Shown: positions 1 to 8,398 of the stretch, piece after piece
How positions within the stretch are numbered: position 1 is the first letter of the stretch
Layout: the number at the start of each line of letters is the position of its first letter
Virus record (IMG/VR): IMGVR_UViG_3300032516_000009
Span: 32,001-96,000 of that record
Source of the DNA: a virus
Length of the DNA: 64,000 bases
Direction: 5' to 3' (one strand)
Program-made: the position numbers and the translations under genes
The notes under the pieces: model-generated
The model's database searches: none
What the model was told of the DNA's origin: nothing
What the model saw: only the letters and a program-made list of their open reading frames with translations

Positions 1-97
1 ACGATCAGAGATTTCTGGTTTACTGTCTATGTAGATAAGTTTATATCGTTTTGGACAGGTTAAATATGTTTTTCGTCCAGAATAACTAAGATATGAA

Positions 98-1102
98 TTA
101 TTCATCACCTTCTGCCCCGGTTTCAGCTAGTTCTAATGTATTTAGAACTAGATTTTTAAGATCATCCGGGTAATCAGAATTCTGGAATTTTTTCACTTTT
201 TCAGATAAACCGCCATCTTGAGAAAGAGCTAAATCTGAATAGAGCTTAGATATAAATTCGTTTAAATCCTTCCTTTCCTTCTCGAGCTGCTTCTTTCTGT
301 CGAAATCGAATATTTCTGAAGCATCTCGACATGGAATTTCACAGGATTCAACACTTATGCCTTGTGAATTACATGTAATTAAACCGACTTTAGGTTTACG
401 CTCGACATTTTCAAAACTTAGAGCGCCACGCGATATGGCTCCCAAATTTACAAATTTAACGCCACAATGTTCAGTTATTCCTTGATCCTTATGATAATGG
501 CCAAATATATAAACATCTGGACATCCCTGAAAAATCAGATCTCGATAGTCAAATATCCGTTCACAAAAGAAAGACTGAATTCGTTCTTCTGGAGCATAAG
601 CCGCTAATGCATGTATTACTGCTATAGTATAGCAATCATCTTCTTTCTTCTGTATTAACTCACGAAGTCCATCATAATCGAGATCAACAGTATACCCAAC
701 TCCTATTACTCTAACCTTTAACGAATCAGCCAGAAACACTTCACTGGTTAATGAATAGAAAATCCCGGATTCAAGAATAACCCCAAGTGGTTGTTTCGGG
801 ACAGTCTCGAGATTATTATGACTCAAATCATGATTTCCGGGTATCGCATATGTCGGACATGGGTACTGCCTATGAATAGCTGATGCTTGAGCCAATGTGG
901 ACATCGTTGTCTTATTGGCTGCCTTTACATGGAAAAAATCGCCTCCCCTCAGCACCCCATCGGCTCTAAATTTACGAGCCGATTCGCCTTGCCATTCTAG
1001 TTTAGAAAGGATAGCGGAGCGATAGTCATCCTTCCGAAAACCTGGCGGAATATCGGCCAGATGTTCATCGGATGAAGTCAAAAAACGAATTTCGGACATC
1101 AT
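98..1102 (-). CDS. Mre11/SbcD-like metallophosphoesterase nuclease
   Basis: Calcineurin-like motifs SDEH, GDFFH, GNHD, GHYH; next to a RecD2 helicase. Confidence 0.85.
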   Translation of the reverse strand: MMSEIRFLTSSDEHLADIPPGFRKDDYRSAILSKLEWQGESARKFRADGVLRGGDFFHVKAANKTTMSTLAQASAIHRQYPCPTYAIPGNHDLSHNNLETVPKQPLGVILESGIFYSLTSEVFLADSLKVRVIGVGYTVDLDYDGLRELIQKKEDDCYTIAVIHALAAYAPEERIQSFFCERIFDYRDLIFQGCPDVYIFGHYHKDQGITEHCGVKFVNLGAISRGALSFENVERKPKVGLITCNSQGISVESCEIPCRDASEIFDFDRKKQLEKERKDLNEFISKLYSDLALSQDGGLSEKVKKFQNSDYPDDLKNLVLNTLELAETGAEGDE

Positions 1103-1126
1103 GGAAAATATACAATTACCAAATAC

Positions 1127-1155
1127 TTGACAATATGTAACTCATGTGTTACAAT
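1127..1155 (+). promoter_or_regulatory. sigma70-type promoter with overlapping palindromic operator
   Basis: TTGACA(1127-1132)-17 nt-TACAAT(1150-1155) with TGn; inverted repeat TGTAAC-N6-GTTACA (1136-1153). Confidence 0.65.
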
Positions 1156-1228
1156 CATACCATGCCATTATTTAAACAGGGTGATAAATTCGGAATTTTT
1201 ACTTAGTTTTAACTACTGGAGAACAAAA

Positions 1229-1417
1229 ATGAAAAAGAGTTATGCATTCAACCTTCGTCTACCAACAAACCTTGGGCAGAGACTAGAAAAAATTCAAGAA
1301 AAATTAAGCACACAATCTTTTGGGACAGATATAAATAGATCCAGTGTAATCAGAATGTTATTAGAACGTTCACTGCCATTGATAGAAAAAGAACTGAATA
1401 TTAACAGGAACTTATAA
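1229..1417 (+). CDS. ribbon-helix-helix DNA-binding protein
   Basis: MKKSYAFNLRLPTNL...NRSSVIRMLLE pattern; start moved to ATG 1229. Confidence 0.7.
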   Translation: MKKSYAFNLRLPTNLGQRLEKIQEKLSTQSFGTDINRSSVIRMLLERSLPLIEKELNINRNL

Positions 1418-1432
1418 ATCTGATTTCAGACA

Positions 1433-4400
1433 TCAGTTCTCCGATTGATCTGTACATTCGCTAATACATTCGCTAATCAGATCTGATAGCGAAGAATTTC
1501 TAACAGTTTCTCTGATGTTGTTGACGGCAAATAGAAAAGCTCGGGAATCCCCAAAAATAAATGCCTTCTTCTTGGCTCTCGTTAGAGCGGTATAAATCAA
1601 ATTGCGATATAACATATATCCATATTGCATAGTCATCGGCAACAAAACAAAATCAAATTCTTGTCCTTGCGTTCTATGCGCAGTGCATGCATATGCAACT
1701 TTCAGAACAGATCTCGCTTCTTCGATATTAAATGTGAAGATTTTATCTATATACCTCGGAGTTCCAGATTCATAATCAAACCAATTGAAAATACGAACTT
1801 CGACTTCATCATCTCTAATTGAAATTCGATGGACTTTCCCAACATCCCCGTTATAGATCATTCTATCGTAATCATTTTTGATGACCATAATACGGTCACC
1901 CTCATAGAGATCACAGGCTCCATGTTTAATCTTAGCTGCTTTATTTGCTGAATATTGAGTGTTTAGAACTTCTCGCAATTTACGATTTAAGTTATTAACT
2001 CCAAGATCCCCGTCATACTTCGGAGCGATAACTTGAAAATTGGATTGATTATTCCGCATGAGAGATGTGATCTTACACATCTCATCTATAACCTTATTTT
2101 TCTCAAAATTCAAGAATACGACTTCAGAATCTTTTTTGAAAGATATGTCAATATCCCGTCCAGAAAGAATAGCGTGAGCTATCTTAATAATGTCTGATTC
2201 TCCCTCCTGTCTGTATATCTGAGTTAGAGAAACATGAGGGATGATCGGATTTAGCATTAAATTATGTAGAACATAACCAGCTCCAACAGATGGTAACTGA
2301 GCCGGATCGCCAACAAAAATTAAAATTGTTTCATGAGAAAGAGATGAGATCAAATGATAAAGCGTATTTCCATCCACCATGGAATTCGATACTAATATAT
2401 TATTAGAAAAATAATTATGATTATCTTTTACCTCTATATCATACACATATTTTGAATACTGATCATTAGGAGTATATGTTGATATAGATTGAACATAATA
2501 AGAGCCAGTATCATTATAAGGTAAAAACTCTGGTATTTTATATCCTACTTTTCCCTGGATTTTATAGGACATGGAGTCAATAATATAAGGACGGATAATA
2601 TCGAAAAATTTAATGGATGACGCACAAGTTAATCGTATATAATAATGACCACGAGAGCCATTCCTATAAACAGAACCGTTCACTGCCCATTTATCTCGTA
2701 ACCAGTCAACTATAATTCGACATTCTATTTTTGAAAACCCTTCAGTATGAAGGTACGCGCAAATAGATGGATTTTTAGATCTTTTAGTCTTAGTTTTTGA
2801 CAACTGCCCATCATCCATATACCAAGCAGCCAAACCTATGGCATCTATTCGATCTAACCATGTTTTAGTTATGGTTTTTCTTCCATTCAAATATAGCAAA
2901 TCTTTAATATCTTCTAGTCCATCGATTTTCAATGTTGTAGAAGTCCATAAAAATTTATTCTTATTGAAACCACCTCTACATTTACGAATGGAAGAATGAA
3001 AAAGATTAGCCTTAAATTTTAAATAATCTTCTTGTAACTGACCATGAACAAATCTAATATTACATGATTGTTTATTTTTTCCATATTTTGAGATTGAAGA
3101 ATCACCCAATAAACTTCCCAATAAAAATGATTCCTGAAATGAATTAAGGAAACGACCATGAATGATAACGCGATCTTCTTTATTAATATCAGAAGCTCTC
3201 TTTAAAAGACCGCTATCCATGTATACTTTATGCTTACCTGTACATCTTAATATTCGAGTTCGATTATGTGATAATGTTTTGGATAACACGATTTTGTATA
3301 ATTCATTCTTTCTTTCGTATTTAAACCAGTTAGTAACTACCTTTGGCTCTATTTTTTTTGTTTTTTTATTATAAGATAATACCTCAACTTGCTCCTTACT
3401 ATTAACTATCGTTCCGATATATTTTTTACTACCATCAGCAAGATTTACAAACTGTTTGTATGGTAAACACATTTCATCGACAATTACAGCATCTACGTGG
3501 TATTTGTTACCTCGATTAAATTCCCATTCGCCCCCATATCCATACCCTAGAGCGCGATGGATGGTAAAAGCTGGGCGACCTGTCATTTGAGACAAACGTT
3601 TAGCCGCTATTCCAGTGGGTGATAATAAAATGTAATTAAGATTGTTCTCTTCAAATAAATGAACGAAAGCGGATATTAATAGCGTCTTACCAGTTCCAGG
3701 ATATCCGGAAACTACGCAAATTCGTGATTTTTCTAATAAGAAAAAAGCATTTCGCTGTTCATCGGAGAGAATAAGATTCCTCGTCGATTCAAATTTCTGG
3801 AGGATCTCATTCAAATTACCAAGAGATTTTGAGCCGCATCTGATAATCTCAGCCATACATTCTGCAGATTCCGATTCGTATATCCAATTATCATATAAAT
3901 ATATCCTATCATTATGGACATGTATATGTCCGGCTTCCTTTAAAAAATTGATAGATGAATATAGATCAGATTGCGATACATATTCACCATGGACGAAAGG
4001 CTCGAGCTTATATCGAGCAAAAATTTTACTTGCGTGTTCAAGTATTTGATCGGAAGTACAATACATATGGCCTTCTGATCGTGCCAAATCATCAATAACG
4101 AATAATATCAACGCATGGACTCTTCGTATGTCATCAGCCTCAATACCGAGTTTGCAGGCAGCAGTATCAGCCGTCTGAAATCCAACGCCAGGACACCCGT
4201 ATAAGTTATATGGATTCTCTTTTACTATTGAAATTGTGGTCCCACCGAATATAGTATACACAGATTTAATCTGGGCTGAGTTTAATCCGAGATCAGCTAA
4301 AAATAAAGCAGCCGTCCTGGTCTCATTAGACTTTTTCCACTCTTCAACTATGATTTTGGATTGAATTGAAGTTAGAAAATCTAATTTAGCTACTTCTTCA

Positions 4401-4750
4401 GGATGTTCATTAAGCATATTAACTAGGTCATCACCGAATGCGTTATAAAGTTTGGCCGCCGTGATTGGTCCAATAGATGGTATATTATTGGCTAAGTACG
4501 TGATAATTCCATTCCTGCCTTTTTCCGGAATTACTTCACATGTCTGAGCATGGAATTGTTGTCCGTATGTTGGGTGCTCCTCAAATTCACCACCGTTAAA
4601 TTTAACTTTCAATCCAATGCTAAGATTGGCCCCGGGAAAAGTCCCTTTAATCACAATATTCTTATCAGCTACCTTGGTTTTTAATATGTAAAACCCAGTA
4701 TGTACGTTCGAGAAGATGATACTATCTATTTTTCCTACTATTTCTTCCAT
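1433..4750 (-). CDS. recD2: RecD2-like SF1B helicase, intein-containing
   Basis: HPTYGQQF, HhH motifs, Walker A GYPGTGKT, DEM|SMVD, VGDPAQLPSVGAG, YRQ, AYACTAHRTQGQEF, YTALTRAK. Confidence 0.93.
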   Translation of the reverse strand: MEEIVGKIDSIIFSNVHTGFYILKTKVADKNIVIKGTFPGANLSIGLKVKFNGGEFEEHPTYGQQFHAQTCEVIPEKGRNGIITYLANNIPSIGPITAAKLYNAFGDDLVNMLNEHPEEVAKLDFLTSIQSKIIVEEWKKSNETRTAALFLADLGLNSAQIKSVYTIFGGTTISIVKENPYNLYGCPGVGFQTADTAACKLGIEADDIRRVHALILFVIDDLARSEGHMYCTSDQILEHASKIFARYKLEPFVHGEYVSQSDLYSSINFLKEAGHIHVHNDRIYLYDNWIYESESAECMAEIIRCGSKSLGNLNEILQKFESTRNLILSDEQRNAFFLLEKSRICVVSGYPGTGKTLLISAFVHLFEENNLNYILLSPTGIAAKRLSQMTGRPAFTIHRALGYGYGGEWEFNRGNKYHVDAVIVDEMCLPYKQFVNLADGSKKYIGTIVNSKEQVEVLSYNKKTKKIEPKVVTNWFKYERKNELYKIVLSKTLSHNRTRILRCTGKHKVYMDSGLLKRASDINKEDRVIIHGRFLNSFQESFLLGSLLGDSSISKYGKNKQSCNIRFVHGQLQEDYLKFKANLFHSSIRKCRGGFNKNKFLWTSTTLKIDGLEDIKDLLYLNGRKTITKTWLDRIDAIGLAAWYMDDGQLSKTKTKRSKNPSICAYLHTEGFSKIECRIIVDWLRDKWAVNGSVYRNGSRGHYYIRLTCASSIKFFDIIRPYIIDSMSYKIQGKVGYKIPEFLPYNDTGSYYVQSISTYTPNDQYSKYVYDIEVKDNHNYFSNNILVSNSMVDGNTLYHLISSLSHETILIFVGDPAQLPSVGAGYVLHNLMLNPIIPHVSLTQIYRQEGESDIIKIAHAILSGRDIDISFKKDSEVVFLNFEKNKVIDEMCKITSLMRNNQSNFQVIAPKYDGDLGVNNLNRKLREVLNTQYSANKAAKIKHGACDLYEGDRIMVIKNDYDRMIYNGDVGKVHRISIRDDEVEVRIFNWFDYESGTPRYIDKIFTFNIEEARSVLKVAYACTAHRTQGQEFDFVLLPMTMQYGYMLYRNLIYTALTRAKKKAFIFGDSRAFLFAVNNIRETVRNSSLSDLISECISECTDQSEN
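2384..3469 (-). mobile_element. intein with LAGLIDADG homing endonuclease (362 aa)
   Basis: Starts CLPY, ends YVYDIEVKDNHNYFSNNILVSN followed by +1 Ser; internal LLGSLLGDS and LAAWYMDDG; splits DEM/SMVD. Confidence 0.93.
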
Positions 4751-4772
4751 CGATATATCAACTTACACTAAA

Positions 4773-5558
4773 TCACACTGTAAGTAACTGCATTAATTGT
4801 TCTTCATTTATAATAGGAATATTGAGTTTCCTGGCCTTCTGCATTTTAGACGAATTAGTATTTGAATCATTGGTAACTAGATATGAAGTACTGGCTGAAA
4901 CGGTTCCCTTAGCTGAGCCGCCAGCTTCCATCACCATTTTTTCTATAAATTTCCTGGGTTTGGATAACTCTCCAGTAATGCAAACCGATTTACCCTTGAA
5001 AGAGCTACCAATAGGTTTTGCGATATTTATTACCGTATTAAGATCAATAATTAGATCTCGCTTGTTGCTGATGCCATCAATAATTTGATTAGCTGTAATC
5101 TCTCCAATATTTGGAATATTTAATAAATCCGATAATTGCAACGATAGTATTTTATTTATACTATCGTGTCCAGCCTGAACAATATCAGTGGCAGTGGAAA
5201 TCCCGAGATTTGTAATATTCAAAGCAGATAAGAAAACCTCCATGGGCATCGACTTATTCTTATGTAATATATCATAGCATTTAGTAGCCATTTTCATCCC
5301 AGAACTATAATCAGATAATTGTTCGACAGTTAGTCTATAGAGATCAGCAATACTATTAACTGCTGGATTATCTGGCTTGGTGAGCGAAGCTATTAGGGCG
5401 TCACCCCAATATAATAACCCAAGACGCTCTACCCAAGCGCTAATTGATCCAGATAATTTTGCCGGACAGGTTTTGGACCGACAATATAAAAAATCACCTT
5501 CAATGACTGTATGAGAAGAACAAACAGGACAAAATTCTGGTATCTGGAATGGATCCAT
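4773..5558 (-). CDS. ligA: NAD+-dependent DNA ligase, C-terminal half (Zn finger, HhH, BRCT)
   Basis: CPVC...YCRSKTCPAK, IADLYRL, IPNIGEITA, BRCT GKSVCITG...SSKMQKARKLNIPII. Confidence 0.88.
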   Translation of the reverse strand: MDPFQIPEFCPVCSSHTVIEGDFLYCRSKTCPAKLSGSISAWVERLGLLYWGDALIASLTKPDNPAVNSIADLYRLTVEQLSDYSSGMKMATKCYDILHKNKSMPMEVFLSALNITNLGISTATDIVQAGHDSINKILSLQLSDLLNIPNIGEITANQIIDGISNKRDLIIDLNTVINIAKPIGSSFKGKSVCITGELSKPRKFIEKMVMEAGGSAKGTVSASTSYLVTNDSNTNSSKMQKARKLNIPIINEEQLMQLLTV

Positions 5559-5580
5559 GCACTAGTTTACACTAGCGCCA

Positions 5581-6183
5581 TTATTCTTCTTTTTCTTTCT
5601 TCGGCTTCTTAGGTGGAGAGGTCTCTTCCTCTTCTTCTCCCTCGGGCGCCCATTCCTCCGGACCGCCCTCTCCTTCTATCACAACCGGGACCTTCTCTCC
5701 TTCCTCTTCCCCGCCTTCTCCGATAGGAGGTGCTTCCTCGAGAGGTTCTTCCTCAGGGGAAGGAGACATGGGCGGCTCCTCAGGAGACTGCGGATTAGGG
5801 GAAGGCTGCCTTCCTTGTCCCTGTCCTCCTTCGAATGTCATCGATTGTACCATCCGAAGGTCGCCTTTGCTAAACTCTCGTGAGAATTTAGACATTTGTT
5901 CGCCAAGGTCGAGAACCTTCTCAGATATTTCATTCAGATTTTCTAATTCTGATCCGCCAAAGTCCCCCTGTAACCGTGCTAGCTTAGCATAAAGCACGTG
6001 CAGATCCTTCAAAGCATCCGCGATATAGCTATGAACTCGTTGCCATTCTGCGTCCCTATCGACAAACGCAATCCTATTTGATAATTCTCGATTGACTACG
6101 GAAGCCGCTTTCGCCAATATAGACCTCGGCTTTAAAGATTGTTCAACGTCTGTGGCTACTTTATTCAAAATAGAATCAGACAT
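5581..6183 (-). CDS. hypothetical protein, helical with acidic Pro/Glu-rich tail
   Basis: 200-aa ORF, low-complexity C-terminus. Confidence 0.6.
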   Translation of the reverse strand: MSDSILNKVATDVEQSLKPRSILAKAASVVNRELSNRIAFVDRDAEWQRVHSYIADALKDLHVLYAKLARLQGDFGGSELENLNEISEKVLDLGEQMSKFSREFSKGDLRMVQSMTFEGGQGQGRQPSPNPQSPEEPPMSPSPEEEPLEEAPPIGEGGEEEGEKVPVVIEGEGGPEEWAPEGEEEEETSPPKKPKKEKEE

Positions 6184-6224
6184 GTTCCCTCATATCATAC
6201 CAACTACCAAAAGGTTAACTGTCT

Positions 6225-6350
6225 TGAGTTATTTTCCAAACCCATCGTTTTTACCCAAATCCCATATCTTATTATATCCATGAGCCTCACGAATCTGAGT
6301 CTCTGTTAATCCAGAAATCTTTTCGACATTATTTTTCCGAAGAGCGGATT
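6225..6350 (-). pseudogene. remnant of a homing-endonuclease C-terminus
   Basis: Minus frame reads SALRKNNVEKISGLTETQIREAHGYNKIWDLGK with no intact start. Confidence 0.4.
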
Positions 6351-6489
6351 CGATAAGCTGGATCTGAAACTATCCTAATAAGTTCCCATTGAATGGGAAT
6401 CAACATATTCTTTTATACAAAATACAGCAATACATTTTAGATTTTCGATCATTCCGAAAGAACCCATCGCCATGGGTGTAAGTTTCTAT

Positions 6490-7608
6490 ATGGATGATAC
6501 CAGAATCAAGGAACTATCCGAAGAAATTAAAGCCGCCAGGTTAGCTTACTATAATCTAAATCCGATCCTAACCGACCAGGCCTATGATGCATTAATAGAT
6601 GAGCTAAAGAAATTAGATCCAAATCATCCGGAGATATTAGCTATTGGGGCTCCGATCACCCAGCATACCATATGGGAAAAAGTTAAACATATTATTCCGA
6701 TGGGGTCTCTAGATAAGGTCAAAACTTCAGATGAATTCAGAAAATGGGCGGAAGATGCCAAAGTTAAAAACTTCTTGATAACCCATAAGATTGATGGCTC
6801 GTCTCTCGAGGTCGTATATAGAGATGGAAAATTAGCGATGGCAGTGAGTCGAGGTGATGGGACCATAGGAGAAAATATTACTGCAAATGCCATCCAAATA
6901 CCGAATCTACCCAAAACTATCGATATAAGAATAGCCGGAACTGACGCAAAAGAGGTAATCATCCGTGGAGAAGTTGTGATGCTGAAAGAGGTGTTCCAAC
7001 GACTCTATGCCTCTGAGTATGCAAACCCAAGGAACACGGCTGCTGGAAAAATACGAGACAAGAAAAATAAAGGGTCCGATTGTGCGAATCTCACATTCAT
7101 AGCATACACAATTATGTGCGATGGAATACCCAAAACTGAATTTTATCGTTTCATATTACTCAAGAATTTGGGGTTTGAAGTTCCAGTATGTCAGGCGGGA
7201 GATATTGACTCGATAATTCAATACCATGAATCAGTCAAGGCAAATCGTGATGCCGTTCCATACGAAATCGATGGCACCGTCATCCGGATAAATGATGTCG
7301 AAACCCAAGAAGCTCTGGGTGATCTCAATATGAGGCCAAGAGGCCAAATCGCATGGAAATTTGACCCCTACATGGGGGTATCAAAAATCGTGAACATTAA
7401 GTGGCAGGTAGGAGCCAGTAACAGTGGAAGGATCACTCCAGTAGCAGTTATCGAGCCAATCAATGTCGGTGGGGTAACAATTACCAATATATCTTTACAC
7501 AATTTGGGAGTATTCAATGAATTAAAATTAAAGAAAGGGGATAAGGTACTCATTAGCAGACGTTCAGATGTGATCCCATACATCGAAGAGAATTTGGACT
7601 CAAAGTAA
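6490..7608 (+). CDS. ligA: NAD+-dependent DNA ligase, N-terminal half (Ia, adenylation, OB)
   Basis: AYY...DQAYDAL, HIIPMGSLDK, KIDG, SRGDGTIGENIT, RGEV, NPRNTAAG, YEIDGTV, IAWKF, ends RRSDVIPYI. Confidence 0.92.
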   Translation: MDDTRIKELSEEIKAARLAYYNLNPILTDQAYDALIDELKKLDPNHPEILAIGAPITQHTIWEKVKHIIPMGSLDKVKTSDEFRKWAEDAKVKNFLITHKIDGSSLEVVYRDGKLAMAVSRGDGTIGENITANAIQIPNLPKTIDIRIAGTDAKEVIIRGEVVMLKEVFQRLYASEYANPRNTAAGKIRDKKNKGSDCANLTFIAYTIMCDGIPKTEFYRFILLKNLGFEVPVCQAGDIDSIIQYHESVKANRDAVPYEIDGTVIRINDVETQEALGDLNMRPRGQIAWKFDPYMGVSKIVNIKWQVGASNSGRITPVAVIEPINVGGVTITNISLHNLGVFNELKLKKGDKVLISRRSDVIPYIEENLDSK

Positions 7609-7616
7609 CAAAGATA

Positions 7617-8093
7617 TCATTCCATGTCTTCTTTTGACATCGGAATATGCTCCAATACGTCATTCATCCAGTCATCCATAATATTTTCATCCCAAAAGAA
7701 TGGGACCTGAAATTTTTGGCCAGCACCAGATAAAGATACAACCCCACCATCATCATTCGTAAATTTCACGTCCAGCACCTTGATTGGATCTTTCGGGGCT
7801 TCAAAATAACTATGCCTTCTATCATCATCAATGAATCGTTGGAAAAGACTTATTTTATTAAAAATATCATCACCAAACCCTATATTCCCTCTTATGTCAT
7901 CCAAATGTTTGGGATCATCTATGAAATCAGCAAAGGTTTCACCTATTGCACCATAGTCTAAGCAATGCTCACACGAAAGTCTATGCAATATTCGTTTGAT
8001 GTCTCGTGCAACCAATGATTTATCTGGTTTGCGAGACTTTTCAATGCCAGATGCTATACGACGGAGATGATTTATAACCTGACTGGGCTTCAT
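7617..8093 (-). CDS. hypothetical protein with shared MKPSQ..LRRIA N-terminal module
   Basis: N-terminus matches three other ORFs in the window. Confidence 0.7.
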   Translation of the reverse strand: MKPSQVINHLRRIASGIEKSRKPDKSLVARDIKRILHRLSCEHCLDYGAIGETFADFIDDPKHLDDIRGNIGFGDDIFNKISLFQRFIDDDRRHSYFEAPKDPIKVLDVKFTNDDGGVVSLSGAGQKFQVPFFWDENIMDDWMNDVLEHIPMSKEDME

Positions 8094-8118
8094 ACCATTT
8101 TTATCTTAAAAAAAGAAT

Positions 8119-8352
8119 TTATTGATTAAGCATTTTCTCGATATTCTCCAAAGTTTCAAATGACACCATAGTAAGTCGTATTTTCTTGCCCTCTAGAGTA
8201 GATAAAACTATTTGTGGATCAAAAGCAATCTCATCTTCATCTACTATAATAAACCTTCCCTCGTGACTCACAACTGTCCCTTCAACGATAGTTCCAATGT
8301 CCATCCCATGCTTGTATCTACCCCTATCATTATCGAATTTCATGTCACACAC
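8119..8352 (-). CDS. small hypothetical protein
   Basis: Co-oriented ORF downstream of nrdJ. Confidence 0.55.
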   Translation of the reverse strand: MCDMKFDNDRGRYKHGMDIGTIVEGTVVSHEGRFIIVDEDEIAFDPQIVLSTLEGKKIRLTMVSFETLENIEKMLNQ

Positions 8353-8398
8353 TTAGTGTTGATTTAAAATAATAATAATATACGAAACAAACACCATC

